Notes under the pieces: generated by a model
What the model was told of the DNA's origin: nothing
The model's input: the letters and a program-made list of their open reading frames with translations, nothing else
Database searches by the model: none
Made by a program: the position numbers and the translations under genes
Part shown: piece after piece, positions 40,573 through 63,112 of the stretch
Position numbering within the stretch: position 1 is the first letter of the stretch
Layout of the letters: each line of letters starts with the position of its first letter
Assembly (NCBI RefSeq): GCF_009914755.1
Contig: NC_060925.1
From: the human T2T-CHM13v2.0 reference genome, Homo sapiens
DNA: 64,000 nt
Reading direction: 5' to 3' (one strand)

Positions 40573-43500
40573 TTAGATTCCGAGAGCCTTAGCAACCCTT
40601 TTAGTTATTTGGGAGACGAAAGACATACTGCTCTCACCTTGGAGGCTTTGGGGTAACCCAAACTGGGGATTATTTATCTTAGGAGAACTTTTATAACTTC
40701 ATTAGCCTTCTTTGTTCTGCTAGGGTAAGCCAGTAAATGTGTCTATTAGTACTAGCAAAAACTTGTATCCCCTACAAGCTGGCATATGGGTAAAATCCAA
40801 TTGCCAGTCTTCCCCTGGGGAAGTGCCCCTTCTCCGGACTGGTTCTATTAGAGGAGGCATTTTGTTCCTGGGGTTGTTGAATGCTCACAGTGAACAGGTT
40901 TGACAGACCTGCTTAACCACGGAAGTTAAGTCAGGCCCAATGAAGAGCCTGTTTATCATGGCAAGAGTGGCATCTCCTCATATATGGAAAGAGTCATGCA
41001 GGATTTTTATAATTCTCCATTGGGCTGTTTGAGGGAGATACACTTTTGATACTATATACCACCAGGATCCTTGTTTGTGTCCATCTTCCTCCTTTACTTC
41101 GAATATCCCTGAATACATCACAGGGATATTCAGGTTCTATTGGGGAATCATAGAAAGGAAGCAGTGCTAGAATTTGTCGGGATTACACCCTGAGCAGTGC
41201 GGCTTTGGCTTATCAGCCTTTCTGTGCCCTTGTGTTACAGGGGTTAGGTTCTTTTGATGCCCCCTACAATGAATTATGGCTATGCTTTTGGCAAGTGTAT
41301 TGCTTCCAACAGTTGAAGAATTTCAGACCCATGCTTTATGGTGGAAGATTTACTAGTTAGTAGTCCTCTTTCTCTTTCTTTTCAAATTGCAGCATGAGCA
41401 TGAAACACGAGAAATGCATGTTTGGAATCTGTATAGATGTTAAGCTTTTTCCCTTTTCCTAATGTCAGAACTCGAGTAAGAGCAATGATCTCAGCTTTTT
41501 GTGCTGACATACCTGGGGGCAGGGGTTGGACCTCAATAATTGTATTGTAATTTACTGTTGTATATCTGGCCCAGTGTTCCCGTTTGATATAAAGCTGCTG
41601 AGGTCTGTGAACCAGTCATCCTCTGAATCTGGGAGAGGTCAACCTTTTAAATCAGGCTGGCTAACATATGTATGTGCAATAACTTGCTCGCAGGAATGAT
41701 TAATTATTGGGCCTGTGGGCAGCAATCAAGCTGGATTCACAGTGTTACAGGTTTTAAGGGTCACATCTAGATTTTCCAGGAGCATAGCCTGGTATTTGGT
41801 TAACCTTTCCCCCATCATACAGTTGTGTCCTTTTATTTCTAGGATTGACTTGATGTGGGGTTAATACTTCCAGTGGCTGACCCAGGGTGATTTTAGTGGC
41901 TTCTTCCACTAAAATAGCAGTGTCTGCCATCGACGGCAAGCAGCTTGGCCACCGTGTCCAATTTCTTTGAGAAGTAGGCAGTTGGCACTCCCATGGCTAT
42001 GCCTTTCCCTTCTGCTACATACAAGGGCTTAGTGAGGTCTAGGATGCTAAGAGCGGGAGGCTGGCTGAGAGCCTGTTTTAACTTGATAAAGCCTTCTCTC
42101 ATTTCCAAAGTCCATTCAATTGGCTCATTTTCTGGCTCCCTTGTTGCTTTCATAAAGGGGTTTTGCTATGAGCCCAAAATTTGGTACCCATCTTCTGCAA
42201 AACCCAGCCATCCCCAGAAAACGACGAAGCTGTTGCTTGGTGTGGGAGGAGCTCCAAACCACATACGGCTTGCACTCATTCTGGGGATATTTGCTGGGCT
42301 CTGGGTGTTAAGATACACCTTAAATATTGAACCCATTGGTGGGCAATCTGAGCCTTCCTTTTGGACACTTTATATCCCATCTGCAGATAAATTTAAGGTT
42401 CTTATAGTATTTTAGTCACCCCCTGGGTTGGGCTACACACAAGAAGGTCATGTACATACTAGAGTACACTCCATTTTCCAATTTTAGATCCCTTAGATCC
42501 CCAAGGCTTGTGCAAAAAACAAACAAACATGGTTATCCTGAAAGCCCTGAGGGAGGGGCACTGTCCAAGTGTATTTCTGTTTTAGCCCTACCCAGTTTCC
42601 CAGTATACCATGCTAGTGCGTTGACCTATTTATTAATGTGGTCTGGGACATTGTCTGCATTACTATTAGCAATTTTGCTGGGTGGTGCCTAAATCGTAGC
42701 AGTGTCCCTATTTTAACTATAATATCCCCTCCCAACAAGGGGACTGGGCAGCTTGTTACTACTAGAAATTCTTGTTGGAAGATTTGTTTCTCAAATTGGC
42801 AAGTCAAAAGAGGAATAAAGAATCTTTTTTGTGGCTCTCCTTCCATTCCCATAACGCTTGTGGATGGGGAGGAAGCTTTTCCTACGTAAGTAGTAAGGGC
42901 AAAGTAATTTGTCCCTGTATCAAAAAGAAACCAAATTTGGGTGCCCAACATGTCCAGAGTTACCCAGGGCTCCTCAATAGTAATGAATGATGTTCCTGGG
43001 CAGGGGTGGTGAGGAAGGCCCTGGGCCCCATCAGTTTTCATCAATTTCTCCTTTTGCACTGTTAAGAGTTTTGACTGACCTCCTCTGTGTAACAGGGGGC
43101 AGTTAATTCTCCAGCACCAGGGGTTGTGACTGGTGCCTTTGTACTGCCAACAGGGTCCCAGTGGGGGCTTACTACAGTCCTTTGCCCAATTCCCATTTTT
43201 CTTGCATTTGAAGAGCCTTTGCTGGCATTATCCTTATGGCCCATTGGGATTCCCTTGGGCACTCTTTGGGCATTCAGGGCATCTCCAATGATGGCTATCG
43301 TAATTTTGGCTTGCTTCTTCTTTATTCCTTTTCCTTCCTCCAGGTCATGATTGTTATACACCATAAGGCAGTATCAAGAAGTTGATTTTGATTAGTCTGT
43401 GGCATCATCTATAGCTTTTGGAGCCTAATGGCTGGAGCGGATTGGCTAATGAAATGCTGTGCCATTAATATTTTGCCTCTGGAGAGGAAGCGTCCAGATT

Positions 43501-45912
43501 GGTATATTTCCTTTCCCCAGCCTACCATAAAAGATGGCTGGATTTTCCTCCTTGCATTAATATTTTGCCTTCTGGAGAGGAAGTGTCCAGATTGGCATAT
43601 TTCCTTTCCCCAGCCTACCATAAAACATGGCTGGATTTTCCTCCTTGCCTTGTATAACCTCCCTGATCATAATTTGCTACCTTAAGATATTGTCTTTTTC
43701 ATTCCTCCAAGGAGAGCCTCAAGAAATTTGGCCCAGTTGTTCATTCCCGCAGGGGTGTCAATTAGGATCAGTAGTAGGGGCTGGGGCTGGGCCCTGGTGA
43801 TTGCCCTAAAGGCTTCAGGCAAATAAATCGTGGACTTCCTGGCAGGCGGCCTCAAAGATTCGTTCCCAGGGGGTACAACACGTTGCTAGAATTAATTGAA
43901 CATCCCTCCATGAGAAACCAAAGGCTAAAGTCAAAGTTTGGAACCCATCTGCAAATTTCCTGGGGTTCTCAGAATAGCTTCCAAGCTTTTCTTTACATTG
44001 TGTTATGGAGAAGCAGGCCTGCACTCTAACTGGCCCCTTGGCTCCTGCTACTTCCCTCAGGAGTGGTAGGGCTGAAAGGGAGTTGAATAAGGTGTTCCAC
44101 TGTGAGGGGAACTTGGCAGGGTTCCTGGTTTTTGCTCTTGGGTTTGAGCCTCAGGAACACTTGGCAACAGGCTATACGGGAGAGGTTGCCATTTCCCGAG
44201 ACAGGTGACCCTTGTCAAAATAGGATCATCTACAATATCTGGTTCTGCCTTAGGACCTTTGATTATGGGACAGGTCCTGGAGTTTTGCACATGGTTGGGT
44301 TTTGATATACACCCATGAAGACCTGCACATATGGGATTTCTGGCAATTTACCCTGCATTTTGCAAAATAGGTCTAATTGCAGATGGTGTTAATAATTAAG
44401 AATTCCATTGACTGCCCATTGTTCCTGGCTGCTTGTTTGGGGTCCCTAAGGGTGTCCCCCTTTAGGGTCCCATCTTAGTGTGACATGTGACCTTTGATGG
44501 GTGCCAGCACTACTTTGGCAAGGTTCTCTCCACCACTGGTGACCCACTATTAACTCCTTTTATTCCTAGATGAAGGCCTTGACTTCTAGCATCTTTTTTT
44601 TTTTTTTTTTTTTTTGGAGATGGAGTTTCACTCTTGTTGCCCAGGCTGGAGAGCAGTGGACATGATCTTGGCTCACTGAAACCTCCACCTCCTGGGTTCA
44701 AGTAATTCTCCTATTTCAGCCTCCCAAATAGCTAGGGTTGCAGGTCTGCATCACCATGCCAGGCTCATTTTGTATTTTTAGTAGAGACGGGGTTTCACCA
44801 TGTTGGCCAGGCAGGTCTCGAACTCCTGACCTCAGGTGATCTATCCGCCTCAGCCTCCCAAAGTGCTGGGATTACAGGTGTGGGCCACAGCACCTGGCCT
44901 CTAGCATCCTTATAATTTGGTAAGGCCATGGTTTCCCACACTTCCTGTTCCACTAGAGTGATAGCTGTGAACCCTAATAAGAGGAACAGGAGGCTGGTAG
45001 ATTTCTTTTGTCATGTGGATTATGGGTAATTTCAGGGAAAAAGGTTGATTTTAGGCATGAAAGATAAAATAGGGCTGGCTATTCCATTCTGGCCCTGGGC
45101 AAGAGAGGGAATGTTTAAAAATCCACCACCATGGCAATGGGTCCTGTGTAAGGGCAGGCCATTCTATTGAAATAATATGGTGAAGACAAAGGAAACAAGG
45201 TCCCCTCAGTGGAGGTCCAAGATGTAGAATGTATTCTAAAGCTTGTGGGTCCCAAAGGTCATCAGCCAGCCAAATGGATCCAGTAGAAGGGTCAAAATAT
45301 CTAGGAGATACTATCTTTTGCCCTCACTGGCTAACTCTGTAAGAGAATTTGGCCTAAGAAAGGAGGGTTTAAGAGGCCTGAGTGTGAATTCGCCCTGAAT
45401 GAGCTACCAGTGCCAATGGTGTCACGTGTAGAACTCAGAGACTATAACCAGGAAAGATAAAAGAGTCTTTCTCCCTTCCGGGCAGGGAAGCTATCCCGAT
45501 TCATTCCTTGGCCTTCAGGTAACACTGGAGAGTGGCCCTGTCCAGTTGCCCTCAATTACCAAAGAGCTGTTAGAAAACAGCAGCTGAAAGACTCAAAAAA
45601 AGAGAACTCAGGTCTGTCACCCAAACTGGGTGATGGTGATCAGGTGCTTCCACGTGGATACCCTTCAGTCTCACTGGAGAGTGGCCCTGGCCAGAGACCT
45701 GCAGTTGCCTCCATGTTCACATGCTATCTGCTGAGTCTCAAGTTGGAAAAGGGAAAGAGAGAGAGGAAAAGGTTCCCCTGTATGGAGTGGAGCCCTGCAC
45801 AGAGATATAGCTCCAGCCCATGCCGAAAAATGAAGGCTTGACAGGGAAAGAAAAAGGAAAGAAGAAAAGAAAAATAACCGCCCCCTTCCCCTGCACCGCA
45901 ATTTGGACTTAC

Positions 45913-45930
45913 CTCCAGGCTGGCTTGCCA
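45913..45930 (-). promoter_or_regulatory. tRNA-Arg PBS, immediately followed by splice donor AG|GTAAGT (45907-45912)
   Basis: TGGCAAGCCAGCCTGGAG versus tRNA-Arg complement TGGCGAGCCAGCCAGGAG. Confidence 0.75.
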
Positions 45931-45935
45931 AAATA

Positions 45936-46232
45936 TGTTACTGTCGGAGGGTCTTGACTACAATTTGTCCAGGTTCTTGGAATGTTGAATGAAGAACTGA
46001 ACAAATTGCACAAATCAATGAAACAATGAAGCAATAAAAGCACAGATTTATTGAAGCAAAAGTATATTCCACAGAGTGGGAGCAGGCTAAAGCAAGCTGC
46101 TCAAGAGCCCCAGTTGCAAAATCTGGGGTTTAAGTACCCTTTAGGGGTTTCCTATTGGTTACACCCTATGCGCCACCAATCGGAGGCCGAAGTGAAGGCT
46201 CCCAGTCTCCAGACTCTTATTCTCCTAGCTCA
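45936..46232 (-). repeat. 5' LTR of the MER51-type provirus, forming the YY1AP1 stop codon and 3' UTR
   Basis: Homologous to 36833-37208; first three bases TGA are the stop of ORF 46230..47450. Confidence 0.88.
46047..46052 (-). terminator. LTR-derived poly(A) signal for YY1AP1
   Basis: AATAAA on minus strand ~180 nt after the stop, followed by a GT/T-rich tract. Confidence 0.75.
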
Positions 46233-47486
46233 AAGAAATCCACTGATTTCCTCTGTAGCATCTTCAGGTTCCATCTTGACAACTTCCTCTAAATCCCCAG
46301 GGGAAGAGTTGTTTAGAGACTCCTGGATGCCCTGAGGGAGCGGCTCCAGAGCTTGCCTTCCCTCCTCTGTTTTCACAACGGTCCAGCGATAGGCACTGTT
46401 CTCTGACAATCCTTCTTGGCACTGTTTATCGACTGGTGGAGGCCCTGGGCTATGTTCCACTTTGGGGAAAACAGTAGCAGAGAGAGGAGATAGTTCCTGG
46501 GGCTCTAATTTGGGTTCTAGGCCCTGAAAGGCATTTTCCCCATCAGCCACAGCACAAGCAATGTCCACATTCATGTGGGCCTTATCTTCAGGGGTGGATG
46601 GTATAGGAAGATTCACAGAATTGCCAGAAACAATTAAGGGTGAGACAGAGGAGGCCACAAGGGGCTGGTTCAATGGACAGGGGAAGGAAGTAGGGTTAAC
46701 CAAGAGGGTGGCGATGGGAATAGTCTGGGGACTCTGGGCCACAGCCGCATTGACAGGCTGGATCATGTTACAGCCACCGCCAAGGCTCACAATCTTCACA
46801 GTGGTAGCAGGAACAGTGAAGATAACAGATGCAGGGTGGATAACAGGGGCAGGTTTGATACAGCGAAAGGCCCTGGCTCCCCTTCTTTTTGAGGGTCTCC
46901 GTCTCACATATGGCTTTCGAAACATGGAAGAGGCAGGGGAGGGCATCATTACCTTGGGCACAGGGGCAGAAGAGAGCAAAGTCTGGGACTCAGACAGAGG
47001 GAAGCTTGTCCTGGCCTCAGGGGGCATAGCAGGCAGTGCTGCAGGAGACTCAAAACTCTCACCTCCACTGACCCCCAGTGGAGGGACACCTGGAACTGTC
47101 TGTAAAACAGTGGCTGGCTGTATTGGGTGAGGAATCCGGAGCACCATTTTGCTCGGAGGGGCTTCTGAATGAGTTGATTGGGCTGGTGTTTTCCCAGGGT
47201 TGAAGCTGGGCTGGAGAGAGGGGCTGGGTTGGATAAGGAGGGGTTTCAGGACTGATGAACGCTTCTGTCTCCAAGCCTTCTTGGGGAAACGGTCGGCAAC
47301 TGGCTTCAGTTTCAGGACTACACCCTTAGGCAATAGCAGTGGGTACCGAGTTTCACTCCCCAACTCTGAGTTGTCTTTTTCTAGGCCTTGATCTGAGTTG
47401 ATCTCAGTGGTTCCAGTCATATTTCCTACCTCTCTAGCACCATCAGCCATGTGCCGCAGTTCTTCCTGGATGGATGGCAGACTGGC
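46230..47486 (-). CDS. YY1AP1: YY1AP1 last coding exon
   Basis: atag acceptor; 419 codons [20 protein letters not shown]...[11 protein letters not shown]. Confidence 0.92.
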
Positions 47487-47879
47487 CTATTGGAAATGAG
47501 AACACTCTGATCCAGCACATGTCAGAATTTGGGAAAAAGAATAGGACTTTCTAAGTTTAGGGACCTGAGACAAGCTCAAGGCATCTTTCCAAGGGACTCT
47601 GCATATGAAATTTCTACAAAGACCACAGTCCAATTATACACTTTAGAAACTCTTCTCTGAATTTCCTTTAGCAAATTACCATTTTACCCATTATTTTGAA
47701 AATGTTGTAGAATCACCCGGAGAAGGGCAGAAAAGTAAGGGAAGAAAGGTGAATCAGGAAGATTCCTGAAGTCCTAGTTCTACAACTAAAGCATTAGACG
47801 ATTAAGGAAGTCCTTGATATTCTCTCAGAACTTTCAGTGACCTTCTGCCTCCTACAGACTTCGAGGAAGAGGGCTGTAC

Positions 47880-47996
47880 CTTTAACCAGAATGGGAGCCG
47901 GTGTTCTTCTCTCTCTATAGGTGGCTTCCACTGATGTGGCTGGATCTCTTCACAGCATTTTCCTAGGACTGGCAGCTGTTTGGTCTTCTTATAAAA
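47880..47996 (-). CDS. YY1AP1: YY1AP1 coding exon
   Basis: 117 nt, AG/GT; [39 protein letters not shown]. Confidence 0.88.
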
Positions 47997-48087
47997 CTTA
48001 ACATGAAAAAAATGCGCATGAATTACATTCCTTCTGGAAACACTGTCTTCTGTCAGGCTGGTGAATGGGGTGGTGGTGGATCAAGAG

Positions 48088-48089
<2 letters not shown>

Positions 48090-48118
<29 letters not shown>
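48090..48118. repeat. (CA)n microsatellite
   Basis: About 14 CA units. Confidence 0.9.
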
Positions 48119-48119
<1 letters not shown>

Positions 48120-48220
48120 GACCACATACACAAACATCCATGAACACACATATACGAATAGCATATGCTGAATACTTGTACATTTCAAATTAAACTAATC
48201 TCTATTTAAAGATTTTATAG

Positions 48221-54900
<6,680 letters not shown>

Positions 54901-55194
54901 AACCCAAAGCATGTAAGTGGAATACTGCATATCATTTCTAGAAAGTTCAAGAAAGAGAATTATTACAGGGAAACATGGATTTGTGGAATCTTTTAAGAGG
55001 ATGAAGATACTCCAGAGGAACGTAATGAATGAATCAATGTCCCTGAAAAGGCAACAGGGGAATTAATCTAGTATATAAGTAGGAGAAATTAGCTTTAGAT
55101 AAAAGAAGGTTCTTCTTTTCTTTGAGAATAACAAGAGAAAAGAACAGATATGTGTTGGTGAGGTGCCTGGATAGTGCATGCAGGAAACACTCAC

Positions 55195-55345
55195 TTTAAT
55201 GATGTTGTCAGGAGCTCTGTTCATGTTGAGGTTCTTGATTCTCACTGTCAGTTGGCGGGCAGTCTTGCAGGTTAGAAGGTACTTGCTGATTAGAGGGTTA
55301 AGAAACTCAGTCCCTTCAAAATGCTTCAGTCCTAAAGCTAACAAA
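55195..55345 (-). CDS. YY1AP1: YY1AP1 coding exon
   Basis: 151 nt, ctcag / gtgagt; [50 protein letters not shown]. Confidence 0.88.
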
Positions 55346-56887
55346 CTGAGAAAGGAGCAATAACACTAAATCTCACTTCACAGTCCTTCCTTCTAAAGGG
55401 CCTCCCCAGACTAACACATTTTACAATCTACTTTTTCTTACTTGTTCTTAAAACAAGGTCTCACTCTGTCACCTGGGCTGGAGTGCAGTGGCGTGATCGC
55501 AGCCCACTGCAGCTGCTACTTCCTAAGCTGAAGCGATTCTCCAGTCTCAGCCTCCCAAAGTGCTGAGATTACAGGCATGAGCCCATGGCGTGTGGCCCAA
55601 TCTACTTTTTCATTTTTTTCAGACAGGGTTTTGCTCTGTTGTCCAGGCTGGAGAGCAGTGGCATGATTACAGTGCACTGCAGTCTTGAATGCCTGGGTTC
55701 AATCGATTCCCGCACTTCAGCCTCCTGAGTATCTGTGGCTATAAACGTTTGCTACCATGCCTAACTAATGTTTTATTTCATTATTTGTAGAGACCAGTTC
55801 TCACTTTGTTGCCTAGGCTGATCTTGAACTTCTGGCCTCAAGTGATCCTCCTGCCTCGGCCTCCCAAAGTGTCGTCATTACAGGTGTGAGCCACCATGGC
55901 TGGCCAATCTACTTTTTCTACAACTAATTCTTGTAGTGACTACTACAAGTTGGTGACTACTCAGTAGAAAATTTCAGGTATTTAGTGAGTAGTGATTAAG
56001 TACTATGAATAAGAATCAAATAGTTCACAATTAAGTAGGAGCAAGAGAAACTAGTCATAAATCATCAATAAATGTCAGATCATGATGAGCTGTATATTAA
56101 CAACACAAAGGAAGTTCAAAGAGAATACATGGGAAGGAGAATGATTCTAATAAAACAAATATAAAATGAATAATAGGTACCCCGTCAGACAAATTAAACT
56201 GGCACCAATACTACCCTCTAACATAACATATATAATCATGGTTACATATATACATATTTGCTGTTAACAGTGTGGCAATACACACAAAGGGCCATAAAAA
56301 TGTTCATAATCTAGCTGGGTGTGGTGGCTTATGCCTATAGTCCCAGCACTTTGGGAGGCCAGGAGTGGGAGGATCATTTGAGGTCAGGAATTCAAGAGCA
56401 GCCTGGGCAACACAGAGATACCCTCACCTGTACAAAAAAAATCAGCCATGTATGGTGGCACACGCTTGTGGTCCCAGCTACTCCATGGAGGCTGAGGCAG
56501 GAGGATCACTTGATCCCAGGAGTTCAAGGCTGCAGTGAGCTGTGATTGCAACACTGTACTCCAGCCTGGGTGACAGAGTAAGATCCTGTCTCTAAATAAA
56601 TAATAACATTAGAAAAGCCAACCTCCTGCCTTGGCCTTTCAAAGTGCTGGGATTACAGGTGGGAGCCGCCATGTCCAGTCTAAAACATTTTAAAAATGTG
56701 TGTAACATCCCCCCAAAAAGCAGTATTTGGCACTGCTAGAACAAGCACGTTCTAGAGGACTCTGCTCATCTATACTGCTTTTCCTTTTGTGTCCATGTCT
56801 TATTATACAAGTCTTACTTCCCCTAAACTCCTCAAAGGAACTACATCTTCTCCTTGGGATATTTGATCCCCCAGAGTAAACACTTAC

Positions 56888-57032
56888 TTGTCCTCAGCCT
56901 TGGTGAAGAGGATCTTATCCTGGGGATTCTTTGCCTTCAGGGAACACACTGGAAGTAACTCTGGATACATGAAAACCTTGCTTGTGGCCAGGATCCAAGC
57001 CACTTGCTTTGGCAAACAGGGAAATTCATTGG
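56888..57032 (-). CDS. YY1AP1: YY1AP1 coding exon
   Basis: 145 nt, ttatag / gtaagt; [47 protein letters not shown]. Confidence 0.88.
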
Positions 57033-57657
57033 CTATAAGAAAATAAATCTCTGATAAATCAACTTCTAGGAAAAAAGAGGGCTTCAAAAAGCCTGTGAAT
57101 GCATTTTTGCATTTAGGTAGAGCTGTCCTTATCTAACTTGATTCCCTCCCATCTGCCTACCACTCCCCAAAGAGTTTCCACAGTCTTTCCTCAACTAACA
57201 TTAGGTCTAAAGGGAGTCCCATTCACTGGCAATAAAAGTTGACTTTTTTTTTTTTTTTTTTAGACGGAGTCTGGCTCTGTCGCCCAGACTGGAGTGCGTG
57301 GCGCAATCTTGGCTCACTGCAAGCTCCGCCTCCCGGGTTCAGGCCATTCTCCTGCCTCAGCCTCCTGAGTAGCTGGGACTACAGGCGCCTGCCACCACGC
57401 CTGGCTGATTTTTTGTATTTTTAGTAGAGACGGGGTTTCACTGTAGACAGGATGGTCTTGATCTCCTGACCTTGTCATCCGACAGCCTCGGCCTCCTAAA
57501 GTGTTGGATTACAGGCGTAAGCCACGGCGCCCGGCCTCTCTTACTCTTTCTTACGTGTAACACTTTATTCACAAAGTAAAACAAACACTTAAAAAGTACC
57601 TAGTAATACCTGTCACATAGTGTATGCTCAAAAATGTTTTACCTCCTTTCCCCTTTA

Positions 57658-58041
<384 letters not shown>

Positions 58042-59126
58042 TCACAAACCTGGTATTCCAAATTTTACTTTTATTTCATTCTTTCTTAACTTTCATTAAG
58101 TTCTCCCAGATTCCTCCTGAGGTTGGGAACAAAAGAACCATAAAAGGAATGAGACAATTCAGTCTCATTCATTTCTGTCTCCCTCTCTCAGCCTCTCAAT
58201 TTTAGGCACCTCTGCATTTCTAGAGACAAAACTACTATATCCATATTTCTCCTTCCATAAGTGTCATTTTTATATCTCCAGAAGAAAAACACAGGACACT
58301 AGATGTGTAAGATAATACTATAATTTGGTATTAAATCACGTTTTCATTACCATTTCATATAATATAGCTATTAAAGTAGTTTGGGATCTGTGTCTATGAT
58401 ATAGTACACTTAAATTCAACTACATTCAATGTAATGATAAGACTTAGGGATTTAAAATAGAATCCAAAGACAAACCCAAATCCAGAACAAACCACAACTA
58501 ATTTGCTAAGTCAGCAAACAAATCAGAAGTAAATATTTGGCTTAAGTAAATAGCAAATATTTTCTCAAAAAATACTAAACCAATGCAAGGTAGAATCTAA
58601 ACCGGCAAATTTCTTTAAAATACTGAACACGGCAAATGTACAATCTCTAATTTACGCCTAACTTGCAAGTCAACATTTCATTCAGAATGGAGATATCACC
58701 TATGCTACAATCATTATGGTAAATAAAGTTAGTTGATCTTAATGAAGAGAATAAAAAGCTAAACATGACCGAACTTTACCACCTGACTTTCATCTTTACC
58801 AGGCCCCAGTTTATCTTGATCTGATTCCTAATACTTACCCCTCATATTGCTGTAGTCCAATTCTTAGCACTGAGCCTCAGATCTCTACCTCCCATATTCC
58901 TATACTGTCCACTGCCTCCATGCCTTACCCAGGCCCGGAGATTATCATGTAATTCTAGAACTTGGATAATGAGTACAAAGGGAGGATAAAAGAGAGAAGG
59001 AAGAAATTACAAATGTCCTGTGTCCTCCATTCCTAGGCAAGTATCCTAGGAAGTTATCTATGGGATAAGATTCCCACCACCTCTCACCGCAAGTAAAAAC
59101 TTAAAGCTGACACATCTGTCTCCTAC

Positions 59127-59298
59127 CAGTCTTCTTGACAGTTTTATGAGGGCTGCAGTCAATGCTGACATGTGTGCTGAAGTCTTCAATCAGCTGCATA
59201 GCTCCCATCAAGTTACAGGGTTGGAACAGGGTCTGAAACTTGGGGTTGTACTGATGGTGAAGGGCGATGGAGCTTTGAGCAAAGGTTCCCAGCTCTTT
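59127..59298 (-). CDS. YY1AP1: YY1AP1 coding exon
   Basis: 172 nt, cccag / gtagga; [21 protein letters not shown]...PHKTVKKT. Confidence 0.88.
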
Positions 59299-60446
59299 CT
59301 GGGAAAACACGACACAAGGAAGATCTAAGACAATTCCAGACAATTAATACCAATAGCCTTCAGAATCTAAATGAGAAGCTGACCTTCCTACTACAGGATA
59401 AAAACAGGTAAAAATAATCATAAAGTCTTTCACAATAAACTACTGTTAAGATTATGCCTGAGTTCTCAGATATTCAGGGATTATATTCTTGTTTTATTTT
59501 TAAACTGTTTCTCACTAAGGAATACATGGTCTAGCTCCCGAGCTAGAATTAAGAGTCTCAAGAATGGGGACTATTACTTTAATTTAATTAATTAATTTAT
59601 TTTGAGACATGGTCTCACTCTGCCGCTCAGGCTGGACTGCAGTGGCATGATCTCAGCTCACTGCAAACTCCCCCTCCCAGGCTCAAGCCATCCTCCCACT
59701 GCCTCCTGAGAAGCTGGGACTATAGGCATACACCTCCAAACCTAGCTGATTTTTGTATTTTTTGCAGAGACAGCGTTTTCCCATCTTGGCCAGGCTGATC
59801 TCGAACTCCTGGGCTCACAATCCGCCTGCCTCGGCCTCTCATAGTGCTGGGATTACAGGGATGAGTCACCTCACCCGACCAGGACCATTACTTTTAAAAT
59901 TGTTTTGTCTTTTGGTCTCAGAATAATGCCTACAACCAAGTACTCCTCATCCTCCTCTGAATACAGTAAGAGATGAAGACATCCTGTTGATCACCAAGGA
60001 AGTTTTAGAATACTAGCAAATGTACTCTTCAAAATCCAAAGAAGACTTACTGAAGAAGCTGAGAGTATTATCATTACCTGTCCAAAAGTTTGAGGCAATT
60101 TTTATGAGGTAAAGTATGGTTTTGTTTTTGTGAGACAGGTTCTCACTCTGTCACCCAGGCTGGAGTGATATATAAGCACGGCTCCCTACAGTCTCAACGT
60201 CCCAGGCTCAAGTGATCCTCCTACCTCAGTCTCCCAAGTTGCTGGGACTACAGGCACTCGGCACCATCCCCAGCTAATTTTTTTATTTTTTATTTTTTTG
60301 GTAGGGATGGGGTCTTACTATGTTGCCCAGGCTGGTCTCAAACTCCTGGGCTCAAGCAATCCTCCCACCTTGACCTACCAAAGTGCTGGGACTACAGGCA
60401 TGAGCCACCATACCTGGCCAAATTTCAAATTTAAAATCTCAAAATA

Positions 60447-60802
<356 letters not shown>

Positions 60803-61248
60803 CTAATATTGAGCTTCATGAATGGATAATGAATTCAACATCTACATGTATATTTACTTCATTATTTAAATTAAAACAAAACAAAACAAAAAAAACACAG
60901 ACCGGGTCTTACTATGTTGCCCAGGCTGTTCTTGACCACTGGGCTCAAGTGATCCTATCACCTCAGCCTCCCAAAGTGCTGGAATTACAGGTGTGAGCCA
61001 CTATGCCCAGCCTCAACATCTATGAAATGAATAGCGGTACCAAAAACCTAAGAAGTCAGGGTGAATCTAAAGATGAGGAGGAGGACCCAATAAAAATATC
61101 AGAAGGACAGGCCAGGCGCAGTGGCTCATGGCTGTAATCCCAGTACTTTGGGAGGTAGAGGTGGGCAGATCACTTGAAGTCAGGAATTCGAGACCAGCCT
61201 GGCCAACATGGCAAAACCCTGTCTCTACTAAAAATACAAAAAAAATTA

Positions 61249-61446
<198 letters not shown>

Positions 61447-61574
61447 TTATGTTCACTCAGCAAACATAGGAAGCCACAGCAATCAAAAATACCTGAGAGA
61501 ATAACTGTGAGAAATAACCTGCCAAGCTAATTTTATATTCTAGTCTATAGAATTACGGCAATTTGGAAACTTAC

Positions 61575-62169
<595 letters not shown>

Positions 62170-62569
62170 TGAGCCACTGTGCCCAGCCTTATTTTTATTT
62201 TTTGTAGAGACAGAGTCTCACTATGTTGTCCAGGCTGCTTTTGAACTCCCCTGCTCAAGCAATCCTCCCACCTCAGCCTCCCAAAGTGCTGGGATTACAT
62301 GTGTGAGCCACTGCACCCAGCCACCAGAGAGTCATTAACTAAGATGTTTGCAACTTTATGACACAAATTTTGCTTTCTGCAAAGAGTGTGAGAACAACGT
62401 AGGATCTTGGCATAAATTTCTCAGACATGTTTCCTTGAACAAAATGACAGAACCAGAGGAAGTTTAACCTCTAAACAGAGGAGGAACTGAGATTAGAAAA
62501 GGAAAAGGCCGGGCGCAGTGACTCACGCGTGTAATCCCAGCACTCTGGGAGGCCGAGGCGGGTGGATCA

Positions 62570-62833
<264 letters not shown>

Positions 62834-63112
62834 TCACAGTGAAGGTTAAATTTCAGAATAGATTACTGAGGACTCTTTGAAATCTGTAATTCCGAATACC
62901 ATTAGGGTCCTTATGTGCTGTCTTCCCTGAGCCACAGGACATGAACATGATGACTTCTCAAGCTCCTAACTGATGTGAAGATACTACGGTTTTAATACGT
63001 AGTAAGGTAACTATCTCTGACATTTACAAAGCTGCTAATTTTAGATTATACCAAAGCCTCAGAGTTAGGCCTTGGTATAATTCAATATTAATATGACCAA
63101 GGAAAGTGTTAC

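Noticed and set aside
46561-47130. 189-aa antisense ORF opposite the YY1AP1 last exon
   Set aside because: Shadow frame of a Pro/Ser-rich coding exon; no independent signals
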